Counted from the whole stretch's first letter, positions 1 to 13,790 are shown. The stretch: 62,992 nt of DNA, filler included, from Octopus bimaculoides (GCF_001194135.2; 3 parts of 3 records of this genome joined end to end with filler, not necessarily neighbours in it), one strand, 5' to 3'. Made by a program: numbers and translations. Notes: a model not told the origin generated them from the letters alone.

Positions 1-81
1 GCCATGTTGGCTTGGCGATAACTATTAATTTCCAGTACCGCTGCCGTAGTCTCCTTTAGAGAGACTTAGAAATATTAATAA

Positions 82-83
<2 letters not shown>

Positions 84-117
<34 letters not shown>
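84..117. repeat. (TA)n microsatellite
   Basis: Direct reading of the dinucleotide run. Confidence 0.95.
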
Positions 118-123
<6 letters not shown>

Positions 124-1847
124 GTGTATGTCTGTGTGTTTGCTAGTGTCTGTTTTTCCTTTAGTTTTTGTTTACTTATACACATCAACAAATGAACCAA
201 TGAAGTACTCTCTGTGTGGTCGTTCAATTTGCTAGAAATAACACCCAAATATACCTCATACTATGCTCTTGTTAGTGTTACGGAAAGGGATAATGTTTAC
301 TTCTCTCCATCATTGCGATTAAAATTAATATTTTTGATTTTGTTTGGCTCTGTGAATTTAATTTTTTAAAAACGCTTCTGTCCATTGCTTGATACAGGAA
401 ATTGGAAAATCCTGACGAAAACAGAGAAATTCTTACTTAAAAAAAAGTATAGAGAGTGAAAGAAAAGGTTCTGTTTTCCAAAGCCAAAAGATGTTTTTAG
501 CTGGGGTATAATTTTATGATTAAAACAAATTCGTAATTTAAATTTCAGAACATAAGACTTATCACGTTATCTGGTGTATAACCACAGTTCAAATGGGTAC
601 AAAACCTAAAACAAATGTGTGTGTGTGTGTGTGTGGTTGGGTCTTTAATAGCCAGGCGTTAATTTATGTTCAATTGCAGAAAAGAATTCGAAACGGCAAC
701 ACACGCATTCATATACATACAAACATATCCATACATACATACACATACACAAATACATACCTATCAGCCACTGGTACTTATCTTACTTTAGTGGACTTAT
801 TTGTAGTAGGTCAGTTCATTCTTCTCACTAAGCGACTAGTATTTATCTTATCACCTTCAGAAAGATGACATGCAAAAACTGCTAAATTCTGTCGTTTGTC
901 TCACTCCATAGTCTTGTTTTCTGCGATAATTACTAATATAGGCACACAAGCTGCCACATTACTTGTTCAGAATGCGAACAAATAAAACAGGTGCATAAGA
1001 AATCAACTTCATTTCAGATACCATATTATACAAAACAATACGATATATGGCCAATAGTCATCAATATATCAAACAATATTTATTTATATCTCAGTGAGAG
1101 ATAGTTTGGCCCCAAAGGGTAGGGCAACTAACTAAATATCTCACACTATTAATTTTGTCTTATTAATTTCGAATTCCAATGTTCATAAAATAATTTACCG
1201 ACGATATTCTGTAACCAATTCAAATGACTATGTGAATCCTTTATAAAGACTAGGCCGTGTGCATATACAAAGTAAACCAAAGTTTATCTATTTCTCACAT
1301 ATGAGGTAAAATGAATAATAAAATGAATAATTTGCTTGACTTTATTCATCATCAATGACTAGGTTTATTGATTTCAAGAGAATGCTTGTTTAATCTATAT
1401 ACATACAAGATAGATACCGGGATTAATCTATATACATACAAGGTAGAGACCAGGTAAAGCCAATGAAACACTCCTTATAGTGATATCGCTGCGTGTTGTG
1501 GAAAACTGCACCCAATCATGGTATATACAACTGTCGATAATCTGAACTGTCGATAATTAAGTTTCTTATCCGTAGCCACAGCAGAGTTTCAAGGGTTGTA
1601 TTAATTGCATAAACTGTGATTCCTTCATAATTATCAAATAAACTTTATAAAAATGTATAGAAATTACTATGAATGCATTATGCACAGAGTAACTCAATAT
1701 AAATTAATGGTAGATAATAAGACAAATGAATCACATTTATCATATATCAGGTCAATAATATCTACTTCATCATATTTTAGAGAAATCAATAATAGTAATA
1801 TAACACTCAAAACAAATTCAGTAAATTGTTATTGAATATAGGAAAGA

Positions 1848-2045
1848 TTGGGTTGTTCTTGTTTAGCCCTAGGTCAAGTCTGAGTAGAACTATGATCAAA
1901 ACATTCCGACCATAATCAACTAGTTCTTCCAGACATTGCTTATCTAAGACAACATTATCTAATGCATTTCTCTGTATTCAAATATAATCCAAAGAAGATT
2001 TGGCTAGTGTTTCTAGCAAGTCGAGCGACCATATAGAAGTTCCAA
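1848..2045 (-). mobile_element. Short interspersed repeat (~200 bp family with (AAC)n-like tail), degenerate
   Basis: Similar to 10870-11060 (+), 22925-23075 (+) and 45855-46080 (-). Shared motifs are ctagaaa(t/c)a.c..ccaaat and tgatcagagctga.ct.ag.ttaaac. Confidence 0.55.
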
Positions 2046-2568
2046 GATGGTAGAACGCTCTCGGTGAAAACGAATGCGGGTTCGTTTTCCATTGGATCAC
2101 TGTTGCAATTTCCAACGGCAGTTAATAGCTCGAAGGAACATAGGATGTCTATGAAGTTGATTTGCTTTTAAGCTACTACGTAAAAACAAAATTTCAGTAG
2201 TCATCGAATAAATGTTTAGACTTCATATATTTCGCAATGACGATCAATCATTTACGCAATACATAATCAAATAAATGCAATACAGGTCAATTACATGAAA
2301 TGAATTGATCAAGGTTTCACACAAGTCAGTTTAATTCAAGATAAAAATTTATCTGAAGCCTCCTAGCTCAAGTCCGTCGAAGATCCAAACTTCTCAATGT
2401 CATATTTAGTAATGCAAATGACCTTTTAACAATACACCAAATAATTGGATAATTACTCATACACCAAAAGATCACTCCAAAAAACAAGATCCTATTCAGT
2501 CTTCAGCTGACGATGATTTTTTGCAATTCTTTAATCATTCTTCAGGAAAATACAAAAATAAAATGTTC

Positions 2569-2960
2569 GGCTGTGTGGTAAGTAGCTTGCTTACAGACCA
2601 CATGGTTCCGGGTTCATTCCCACTGCGTGGCACCTTGGGAAAGTGTTTTCTACTATAGCCTCGGGCCGACCAATGCCTTGTGGGTGGATTTGATAGACGG
2701 AAACTGAAGGAAGTCCGTCGTATATATATGTATTTATGTATGTGTGTGTGTGTTTGTGTGTCTGTGTTTGTCCCCCTACTATTGCTTGAGAACCGATGGT
2801 GGTGTGTTTACGTCCCCGTAACTTAGCGGTTCGGCAAAAGAGACCGATAGAATAAGTACTAGGCTTACAAAGAATAAGTCCTGGGGTCGATTTGCTTGAC
2901 TAAAGGCGCTGCTCCAGCATGACCGCAGTCAAAATGACTGAAACAAGTAAAAGAGAGTAA
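2569..2960 (+). mobile_element. tRNA-derived SINE, family 1 (GGCTGTGTGGTAAG head, CORE-like ACCTTGGG.AAGTGT motif, internal TA/TG microsatellite)
   Basis: A-box/B-box-like head (ggctgtgtggta...ggttcattccc). Homologous copies lie at 25650-26121 (-), 41625-42003 (-) and 46140-46280 (+). Confidence 0.85.
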
Positions 2961-3405
2961 AAGGGTATAGCATTTTACTTTGAAGTTATCCTCTCCATCA
3001 CCATGCAAGCCAGGAGCAAATAATCCCTCCCAAATACCTTCCATACAAAAGTGAGAAACTAATCAACTTCTAAAAAACTTAGGCTATGCAAAACTACTGA
3101 AATCTTAGGGAGATCGTGCACATTTTTATGGTCCTAAATACCGGTATCATCTATAATGTACGAAATATTGAGCTGCATTTGTTCTACAAGAATCCAAGTT
3201 CAACCAAGTAGGTTGATATATACCATGCTGCTCCAATAATAATTCATATTAAGTCGAAAGTGTATTTTGGGGATTGGAGTTGTAAACACTTCTTCAGCGG
3301 TTCATTGATGTTTCTTTCTTCTGTATTATTTTTTGATGGGAATTTTCGACAAACATTCCTTCTGTTGAAACGTATGAATGAATGCAACAACAGAAATATT
3401 ATCTG

Positions 3406-3407
<2 letters not shown>

Positions 3408-3439
<32 letters not shown>

Positions 3440-3470
3440 TGTATGTATGTATGTATGTATGTATGTATGT
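3408..3470. repeat. (TATG)n microsatellite directly abutting the 3' end of the R4/Dong-like element
   Basis: Direct reading. A second tract at 3553-3607 lies inside the putative 3' UTR. Confidence 0.95.
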
Positions 3471-5276
3471 CATTTTCCAGTTTATTTCAAGATTTCCTGC
3501 CAAAGGAGAAAGAACCTTCATTGGAATTCCAACATCAACAATAGAGTATTTTTGTATGTATGTATGTATGTATGTATGTATGTATGTATGTATGTATGTA
3601 TGTATGTACGTACAGATTTTCATGTTTTATGTATGTATTCTCATGCATATAATTGCATATCTGGACAGGCTCATATGTATTTAAATGATAGACTTCTGGA
3701 AAGTTTTACAGATTTTTACAGCTCCAGTGATGGATTGGACCTGTAGTCTTCGAATTAGCTTTCTCCTTTCTGGTTTTGAGAAGCTTAATTTCTCAAGATT
3801 GGTATTTAGGCAGTGTGTTACATAAACCAGGGGCCCAATAATTACAGGTATAATTATAACTTGTAATCTGGATAGAGTAACTGCAGATTTCTCAATAGTT
3901 CAGCATAGGTGTTCTCTTTTTCACTGATCTTCAGCTTTATGTTAACATCCGCTGGGCAGTTAATTTCCACAACTGTGCACAGTTTCTCTTCTCTATCCCA
4001 AATCATTATATGAGGTCTGTTGTGCTTACATTTTATTGAGGTCTTCACTGGTACATTCCACCAGTATTCCTTTTTATTATGAGTGGCTATGGCTTCTACC
4101 ATATTGTGAGTTCTTATTTCTTTGTTCTCGGAATTATTCTTCCGACGGATTTCATTATAGAGTGTCCTAGCTACATCCTGTCTCATCGGCAGATAAAACC
4201 GTGATGACATTTTTGGACAACTGCTTATGATGTGGATGATATCTTCAGCGTGAACTCCACAAAGTCTGCATCGGTTGTCACATTTTACGGCTTTTCCTGC
4301 ATCTCTATCCCTTTTGTGTATCTCTATCTTTTGTGCATCTGCATCTTTTGTGCATCTGTATCCCTTGGTTGATATTTCCTGCTCCTGGATTGCAAACGCA
4401 TACCTTTCGAAGTGGGAGGTAGTAATCCGTCTATTGGTCCATGATAAACTGCTTTGATGATCGATGTTACTATCATCACAGAGCTTTCTACTGACGTATC
4501 CATGCATAGTCGTCTGCTCATATAGGCTCATCCTTTCATCTGATGATACGGTGCAGTAGAGTCGTGCGACTTTTTTGGGCATGTATTCTAGGTTATCAGA
4601 CGTCCAAATCTTATGATGTTATCAGCCTCATGTATGCAAACTTGGTGCACTTTGACACTTGGTAATTAGAAGATGTCGAAGGGGTGTGATGCGACATTCA
4701 AAGGCATTTTGGATTGATGTTAAGCCTCTGCCGCCTTGTTTTCGTTTTAGGTAGAGGAGGTCTACGTCACTATTTATGTGGAAATTATGTGTGCTTGTTA
4801 GTATTTTTCGGGTTTTCACATCAATGGTTCGGATTTCATTAAGTGTCCAATCAAGCAGCCCAAATGTTGGTATGAGTACTGGTACTGCAAACACATTGTG
4901 GGCCACTGTTTTATTGAATGCAGAGAGTTCTGAGATCCAAATTTTCTTTATTCGGCTGTGATATTCTTTAGTGACACGTGTTTCGTTGCAGGTGCCATTG
5001 TAAGATATATTTTCATCCATCCCTAGATACCTGCAACTTTCCTCGTCAGATACAGGGGGAAACAGACAAGTCATTGATGGAGATGTTACTAGTCTGGTTT
5101 ATAGTTTCCCCCCTTTTCACAACCATGTAACAACAATTATCCTGACCAAACTCTAACCCAACATCCTTTGAGAATGTTGTAACTAGGTCAAAGCTCTTTT
5201 TTTTTTATCTCATGCATATTTTTTCCATAAAGTTTTAAGTCACCCACAAAGAAACTGTGTAATTTTGGTATTTCTG
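3471..5276 (-). mobile_element. R4/Dong-clade non-LTR retrotransposon, 5'-truncated pseudogene (RT C-terminal half, CCHC finger, restriction-like endonuclease)
   Basis: Minus-strand peptides: HSFFVGDLKLY (decayed F/YxDD motif), CRYLG, LYLKRKQGGRGL, YAFAIQEQEISTK, CRLC..HIISSCP, RPHIMIWD..VVEINCP (PD-(D/E)xK-like), IIG.LG. Stop codon at 3681-3683, with frameshifts between ORFs. Confidence 0.92.
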
Positions 5277-5320
5277 TTATGTATGTATGTATGTATGTAT
5301 GTATGTATGTATGTATGCGT

Positions 5321-5737
5321 GTATGTATAATAAGGATTCTCCATATAAAGAAGGAGCTGTTTTCTGCTTAAGAAACAAGGCCTCACCGTTGAAATTTGAA
5401 TAAAAATAAAAATTATTTATTGAAATATGCAAGAAAAGTCTTGCATTTGCTCCGCTTACAAATTGCATTTCTATATTGCGTGTCATCCAGTAATTTTTTT
5501 TATCTGAACGTTTTAGTTTTTCGAAATTGTTATTTAAGCATTTACTAACATAGCCAAGTGCGCCAATAATTATTGATATAAATGTGAATTCATATTCAGG
5601 GTGAAGCTGCAAGGTTCCGAAGCAAGTGTTCATAAATATTCTTTTCGCTGATTTTGCAAGAAACCTGTTAGGCAGCTGATCTCTACTACCGCACATGAAT
5701 TTTCTTATCTACTCCAAATGAAAATATCAAACGTATT
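5321..5737 (-). mobile_element. Second R4/Dong-like copy, 3'-terminal fragment (RLE C-terminus plus UTR)
   Basis: Peptides CAVVEISC and LHPEYEFTFISIIIGALGYVSKCLNNNFEKL are paralogous to the 3471-5276 copy. It ends in (TACA)n at 5278-5320. Confidence 0.85.
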
Positions 5738-5753
5738 ATGTATATGTATATAA

Positions 5754-5754
<1 letters not shown>

Positions 5755-5810
<56 letters not shown>

Positions 5811-6032
5811 AATATCTATCTATCTGTCTGTCTGTCTGTCTTTCTGTCTGTCTGTCTGTCTGTCTGTCGGTCTCTGTGTGTGTATCTATCTGTCAGTGTG
5901 TCTGTGTGTGTCTATCTGTCCGTTCGTCTTTGTGTATCTGTATGTCTGTGTATGTCTGTATGTCTGTGTATGTCTGTATGTCTGTGTATGTCTGTATGTC
6001 TGTATGTCTGTGTATGTCTGTATGTCTGTTTG

Positions 6033-6122
<90 letters not shown>
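5755..6122. repeat. Compound microsatellite (TCTA)n/(TCTG)n/(TGTCTGTGTATGTCTGTA)n
   Basis: Direct reading. Confidence 0.95.
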
Positions 6123-6124
<2 letters not shown>

Positions 6125-6129
6125 ATATC

Positions 6130-7740
6130 TTTATCAGGAAGTGTAGGGGAAGGGTGACGTTTTTAATCTTTCTAAGCTTTTCTAGACTGGTGAGATCGAT
6201 AAGGTTGACTTAGAGGTTGAGCATCTGCAGTTTGAGCATTTGCGGATTGATATTAGTAGGGAAGCTGCAACAGAAAAGTTCAGAGGAAAGCTGTGAGGAA
6301 TCTTTAGTACAGATAGTTAGAGCGTAAACAAAGATGACAACCCCCCCCCCACCCCAGATAAAGTAAATTTGGGCGGAAGGTTTATACATATCTAATTCAG
6401 AGGAGAAATGCCATTTTAACTACAATAGAAAAGTTGGCAGTTGTAACCTGTTGTGAATGAATCTTTAGCAGGATGTCTTTCGTTTGGATGTTGTTTGGAC
6501 TGCTTATTCGTGTAGGAGCAGTAGTATCCCAGCTACAAGAACAATATATTAGTGTGTGTTGGATTTAATCCAGTAAAGGGTCAAAAACTAGTTAGGTCTG
6601 AAGTACTTTTTGCCTTTGAAGAATCCTTCAAATCATCGTGATGAAGTTTTGTCATTCTTTAAAGTTGACAATGAGAAATCATGAGATATATTGAGTACCT
6701 GCATCGACTATCAAGTTTTTAACTGTGTGTTGCTCCTGACTTGAGATGAGGAGATACTAAACTGTTTTTTTTTAATATATGTATAGTGATTAAGTCTTCC
6801 TGTTCATGGAAGCAATGTAGGTCTGACATTAGACGTATAGATTTCGTATGGTGCAGAAGGTTGAATGAAGAGTGATTTTTATCTGCTTTCAAATTTGTAG
6901 TTAGAAATAACGGCAAACTGGTCATTAGTGTATCAAAGGTAGATTGTAGGTGTCATGTACTCTAGATTTAACAAAATAGTATTGATGTCTGGCAAGAAGT
7001 TTTCCAATCGAGGAAGCGGAGCCTATAAATGAGCAGCTTTGTTGGAGGTTTTCATGCCAGACACGGTTGAAGGTTTTGCTGATGCCAAGCGCCACCAAAT
7101 TGCTTTTGGTGAAATCTGAAGAGTGAATCGATACTAGTGAGTGTTTTATGAGAGTCTCTAGCAGATTTGGCTCCACTAAAGACATACTAATGAGGGAGAA
7201 AAACTAAACTTGATATCGGCGTTATTACTAATAACTATTTCTACCATCTTTGAGACGTTGGAAATGAAAGTAATAGGTCGATAGTAGAGTTGTAGTTTCT
7301 TGGGTGTTACAACACAATTTAGCCTGCTTTCAAAAATGAAGACAGACTTCCGTAGAATTGAAGACCTGTCTTCTGCTTACAATATGAGAATAATGGAAGT
7401 GACATTGTCATTTTCTGTTGCTTCGTTGGTTGGATCAAATGCAGACATTTTCTGATTTAATGTCTGAGTTGAGAAAGTGGTAGAAAGATGTTTTGAAGGG
7501 GCTTTGTAGAGTGTGTTGTATGAAGCTAGAAACAGAGTGGGAAACATATGGGGATGTTCTTTGATGGAAGCGTGACTGATGGAGACACCTTGGATGAAGA
7601 GTTAGGTATGGTGATTCGACAAAGTTGGTAAGAGAGCTACCTAGTAAAAGTTCAAACAAACTGGCCGTTATTTGGGAAGTGTGGAAGTTTTTGGGTTGTA
7701 CGATGCACAAATGGTGGCTTGTCACGCTACACAATTAAAG
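6130..7740 (-). mobile_element. Highly degenerate CR1-group (CR1/Crack/Daphne-like) LINE RT fragment
   Basis: Minus-strand VALGISKTFNRVWH matches the VALDISKAFDRVWH RT motif. YRPIT lies upstream at about 7270-7290. Many stops and frameshifts; boundaries are approximate. Confidence 0.7.
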
Positions 7741-8861
7741 ACTGCTTACAATTAACATTTGGAAAGTTGATATATAATAGTATAGGTGAAAATATACTGA
7801 CATATATTCACATTGTCTAATATAACCGTATATATTACGAAACGCGGCTCTAAGATGACGAAAAATAGTATACAACGACATAGGCAAACGACAAGGCAAA
7901 CGTATATATTGCATTTTCTAAGGGCGGAATCATATTTATTCTGTCGTAATTGCTGATCCCACATACCAACAGAAAAAGAATGATAAACCAAAGCAAAAAA
8001 CAACAACACCCACCTTCCCTTAAACAAAACACGTAGCTATCAGTAATCTAGATATCAGCAAATTGGCAGATTTCGGTATGGTATAGAATGGCATATATTT
8101 GTACTTGTACTCATTGTTACATACTGACATTCCAAGATACACAGTAGCAAACTAACAGTATACAGAAATATATCTACCATATGTATATACACAGTTGCAG
8201 ATACTAATGTTTCCTACAATCTCGCAAATATTGAATGGACAGAAATGTATATTGATCACCCATACTGAATTTACTCTCCAAATTTACAAGCATATTGATG
8301 CACATAGACAAAGCTCATAAGAACAGGTACACACATATATTCACACGTATTTGTGCGACCAAATGCAATGATATGTACATGAATACACACAGGGAGATGC
8401 AGAAATATACATAGATATTAGGCTTACATAGATATATCGGCTGAATACTTGCACGGACGTATTCATATAGCTTATCAATATCATATTCATTGAAACACAC
8501 ACACACGCACGCACATACGCACGCACACACGCACACACACACACCCATACGTGCGCATGTGCACACACACGCACAAATATACGCACATTCTATTGAAAAT
8601 CTACCAACTTGTGTCCACAAGGAATAATGGAAGCTTTTGCTCATTCGATTTTACATGCAAGCATCGCTTGTGTTTCCCAACTGACTAACACGGAGAGTTT
8701 CACTTGTTTGCAGAGTGCAGGAGAGATTTGTAGCATTCCTCAATCGCAATGCTTTATATTCTCATGGCTTTACACTGCAATTATTCTGTTTCCACTGCTT
8801 CTTTCATACCAATTATGCTGTTGGCATCCTTCAGTCTATCAGTGGGGGAAATAATAATATT

Positions 8862-8975
8862 GACAATAATAATAATAATAATGATGATAATAATAATAAT
8901 AATATTAATAATAATAATAATAATAGTAGGAACAACAATACGCAGAACAATAATCATAAATAATAAATAAAAGAA
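8862..8975. repeat. (AAT)n microsatellite
   Basis: Direct reading. Confidence 0.9.
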
Positions 8976-9984
8976 AAACTAAATAATCTGATAGAAGAGA
9001 AAAATTTGGTACGAATATCTATTAACGATTCAGTCCTTAATAGAGTTTTTTCTTTTCCTTCTTTAAAAAAAAAAAAAGCAAGCAAAGAAAAAGACTCACA
9101 CAGATTTCTTACATAAACATAAAGCTGCAATTGTATAGACTGCGGGGAAAAGGAAAAATTGTAAAGTTCTAGATATAAGCAGTGAAGTGAATCAGCTTTA
9201 ACTGGGAAATGAAGTCAGATCGCAGACATACCAGGATCAGGCCACGTTCTATAAGTTACTATTTTGATTTGTATTATCGAAGCCTTCACCCCATCCCATC
9301 CCCCAAACAGAGCCCAGTATATAATCAAAAGGAATAAATATTAGGGTTAAAAATGTAGAAATTGTGTTCTGTAGATGATTCAATTATTGTGAAGCTAGTC
9401 CTCCTTGAATACTACTACAAAATTGGATTTCCAAGATTTTCAATTAAATGATATGCAAGTTGATATATCAATATTATTTTGGTTTTTCTATATGAAAGTT
9501 TTGGTCGAGAATTTTTGTCAGATGTCAACAGACACCTAATAAATAAGTCAAGAGTCTTTTACCCACTGCATAGATTATGTTGTATATTTGGTTAAGTCAC
9601 TTAACTCTATTTGGCAGACTGGTACTTATCTCCAGTTTCCATTGCGTTAAGTGGAATGATAGACCAATCTTATCTCTTTAACGATGCACTAGTTAATCCC
9701 AGGTACACTTCCCCACGTAAGGACATAACTCTGTACTTTAAACCAACAAACCACTTGCCAAGTTTCACAATGCTGATGCTGTTTATAAAAGGTAGTTGTT
9801 CTTCGTCGGTAGAATCTATTTACTGTTATGCAAGCTGGGTAATTTGAAAGTTATGTGTCTTGGATACAGGCATAATAAATACAGTGACTGTGCCAGAATA
9901 TGACCCTTCTATCTCCCGTCTAATACTCTAATATCCTATCGATTCAGGTATCTGTACATTGCTTAATTAAAGTTTGATTTAGAT

Positions 9985-10410
9985 CTTCCTGCATTATGAG
10001 ATGCTTAAAGCAGCAAACTTCTTTCAGCTTGATCGATCTGCCTCTGTTCCTGCCCAATCAGTTCTCATGCATTTAAGGTCTTCTCATGATGTTTGGTGTC
10101 AGGTGTTCTTTGATCGGCCCTTGCTCCCTTTTCTTCTCTCGATGCCTACATCATTGCGGTACTTACTTGTTAGGTGGCTGACAGGCATAAAATATGACTT
10201 CGGCGAAATCGATGCAGCATCTCGATATTTTGCAATGATTGGGATTTGCTTTGCAGAAAGAGTTCTTCATTTATAATTCTGACTCTCCAAGCGACTTTGA
10301 GGACTTTTCGTAGTCAACATTAGTAGTATGTGTTTAGCTTCTTGGCCACCTTTTCTCTTAGTTGACTTTGTAAAGGAGAAGGTAACTAAGGTACTGAAAG
10401 ACTGCAGTGG
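9985..10410 (-). mobile_element. RTE-clade LINE, C-terminal/3' fragment (degenerate)
   Basis: Minus-strand KLNTY..LRKVLKVAWRVRIINEEL and GRSKNT.HQT..EDLKCM resemble the RTE ORF C-terminus. Confidence 0.65.
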
Positions 10411-10419
10411 AAAATGACA

Positions 10420-10830
10420 GAAAAAAACTTTGTGGTCTGACCGATGATATTTTGCTGAGGGCAGCAAGAACTAATTACCAAACTCAAAGAACGGTACTAA
10501 GAATTAGTTGTGAAAAGTGACCAAAGCGATGCAGATTAATGCCACAATCCAACCTCTTATTTTCATTGGTAACAAAGTGTGGAAGATTTGCACGATTTCT
10601 ATCAGGGTATGTGATCAGTAGCATAGAAAGTGATGTGAATAGTAGAATTAATAATGCAGGAGTCATACTGCAGTGCATGCACGAAATTAAACAGCAACAA
10701 ACATAAGTACTGAAATAGCAGCTCAACTTTATGGTACCAAAGTTCTTCCAACAGTTTTGTATGGCTGCGAAAGATGGAAAATGACAGCACATTGATTAAA
10801 ATATCAGTCAGTGAATAAACGTCCCCATTC
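10420..10830 (+). mobile_element. RTE-clade LINE RT fragment (xADD-like motif to thumb), degenerate
   Basis: Plus-strand TDDILL, TKAMQIN and LYGTKVLPTVLYGCERWKMT (RTE hallmark LYGCETW). Confidence 0.75.
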
Positions 10831-11509
10831 GTATTGAGCAATTTTGGAGGAGCAGTGAGGGAGTCACTACACGATTACTCAATCAGCTAAAAATAGCTGT
10901 TAAATTTCCCTCAAATCACACTCTATGGTTTAAGAAAGAGGGTGACATACAATAATGTAGTTCAGCTTGAACTATATTTGAATAAAACATAGGATGGTCA
11001 CAGCTAGAACGCGTTTGATAACAGGCCTGCTGAATCAGAGCTGATCTGAGGTTAAATTATGATAAAATTTTTACAGGAAATATTCTACTTTTCCTATCAG
11101 TTCCTCCTTGGATGTTTGGTACAAACATACTGTTTTACTATGTTGATATTTGGCGACGTAGCTCGGTCATAAAGTTATAGAAAATTTGATAAAGATATAG
11201 AGCCGAAATATATCATTTTACATATCTCAAATGTAAGGTGATTTCAGTGCAATTGCCTGGAAAATCTTTGGAACTTCGAGCTTTGCGGTAGCTGTCGAAC
11301 TCTTTATAATTTGACTTCAAATTTCGACTAAATCAGCTGTGTTTTTCAACCTTCCAAACTATATGTCAGCTACATTTCCCTTCACTTGAAATTGCCGACT
11401 TTGTGCGTAAGCTGGTAATTTAAAATTAAGATATGTTCAATCACCATGAGAAATGAATAATCTAAACGTTTCGGAGTTCTCACCCTTTGTCTGAAGATGG
11501 GGAAGAGAG

Positions 11510-11627
<118 letters not shown>

Positions 11628-12789
11628 TGTATTTGGTAGCAGTAATTTTTGTTTCCCTACAAGACAAGCGATAGCATTACTTCTCTTTCTCTTGAAGATC
11701 AAAAGCCAAAAAACACTAGATTCTTCATCCTCACAACTGAACTTATCAAATTCTTCTATAAATTCTTCTTTTGAATTAATTATTGCTCACACAGATTATC
11801 GCACTTTATTCTGACTCAAGATTTTATCTTGATTATAAGATATTTTTTGATAAATAGACATAATTGATAAATTTACTAGAAGGATAGATTACTGACCAAC
11901 AACTTGGTTTGTATTGCATTCCCAATCCTTGATGCATCCACAATCAGCACATTTAATTTTTTCAAATTCCTTTGCCATTATGTGAATAGGTACCGTGGAG
12001 TAGATACAATGTTTCGAGTGTTGAGTGTTTCAAGACGTGCTAAGTCCGCTTCCTTTTTTAGACAAAGAGAAATCAATTGAATACTGCCTAGTATCCAGTT
12101 ATTAGAGCAGTATTTTCAATTATCTCAGTCTGCGGTGCCATTGAGAAGGTTCTATTGCTGACACACTCAGATAGATATCGTTGACAACATTTAAAACTGA
12201 TTATCAAAAGCAATCCTCAAATATGTTATAACCACTACCTTAGTTTACAAGCTACCTACATAACAAGCCATCCAGCCTATAATACTTCCTATAATACTTA
12301 CCGTATATCATTTCTCAGACCTCATACCCCTCATTTCTTTTTCAGAGATGCTCCTATCTAGTATTCCCTCCCTAACCAGAGTCGCCATACAAACATTTAC
12401 CTATACCTCTTCAAAATGAACATCAATTTCACTAATATCTGTAATCTGGCAGGGTAAAAAATGTTGTGGTCACTGCCTTATGTCTCTCAACTAATTTATA
12501 ACACCCTGTCACACGCACTCATACACATACATACACAGACTCTTATGCACACGCACACAATGCTATGTGTATGCAAATATACTTAAATGAATCCACACAT
12601 TCTGAAAGTTATGTCTGAAGTTAAGGAAAAACTTACGTCTATATCATGGTTATAAACTCTCGTCTGTATCCTTCCATTAGGCGTCCTTGAGACAATATGA
12701 AATTTAAACACACAAACCCATCGGGCACCAACAGGAAGGAGTTAAAATCATGACCCTTGTCGAAGGTGAATATTATTTGTTTGTGTTCT

Positions 12790-13790
12790 TGCCTTTTTTG
12801 TGCTGTTTTTAGTGACTGAACATTCGATAAGTATCTGATGAGAGAGTCTGCTTGCAGTCGTAGTGTAGCTATGTTATTTATGGTTGTTATTGTGTCATGA
12901 GAGTAACCATTTTTTTGTTTATAATGATGCTAATTACTCTGTATAATGTTTTGTGGTTTATTCTTGATGCTAAGTTGTAATTCTGTGTGATGTTAGTGTA
13001 TTGAGTTTGAGGTTGTTCTGGCATTTTATCAGGTTGGCCACCTCTGTTGTCTAGTTGGAGGTGAGGGTTGTATTTTATGTTAGCTTGTGACACATGTTCC
13101 CCAAGATTTTCTGAGTACGATTACAAATATTTTAAATACTCTAGAATGTTTAAACTGCGAAAGTAACAAGCAAGAGAAGCAACTTCAATAATATCCAATT
13201 GACTGAAATTTCTAAAAAAATATGCACCATGGCGATGAAAGTAAAGGCTATATTTTGATTGCGTTAAGCATCCTTAGCCAAACTTGTTCTATTTGATTGG
13301 TAAGAATTAGAAGTACTGCTGTGTCTATGCTAGTGAGTGCGACACTTGCTTTTCTTTCTTGGTGGAATTTGTTCCAATTGATTTAAAAAAATGTTTGTAG
13401 AAGTGTTGTTGCTTTATGCAGTAATGTACCACTGTGTTGTGGTGAGTTGGGCTTGATAGTCAGTGAAGTGTTAAACGACTTTTACTATGTACTTATGGTA
13501 AATATGTGTGTGTGAGGCAACGGGTTTTGTCTGGGGAAGCGTTGATATAGTCAGCTAGTTGAGGTACGTGGTTGTATTGATGTGGTTGTTTATGGTGTAA
13601 AGGGAGTTGTGATACTATTACGCCACCTTTGGGTTTTTTATATTGTTTCTCTGCAAGCATATGCTCTCTGCACAAAATCGCACTTCAATAATGGTGTTTG
13701 GGATGAAATCCCATAGTCTTGTGCTTTTGGTAGTAGGGATTTACGTGTGATGTTTTATTCTTTTTCCAAGGGCGATTTAAATGAAGTGAA
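12790..13790 (-). mobile_element. Ancient Penelope-like retroelement RT/thumb relic
   Basis: Minus-strand LNTLTSHRI...L..L..KNGYS resembles the PLE thumb (L..RA...C...L..NGYP), with weak remnants of upstream RT motifs. Very degenerate. Confidence 0.4.

Noticed and set aside
1388-1455. 33-bp tandem duplication
   Set aside because: An ordinary local slippage duplication with no further structure.
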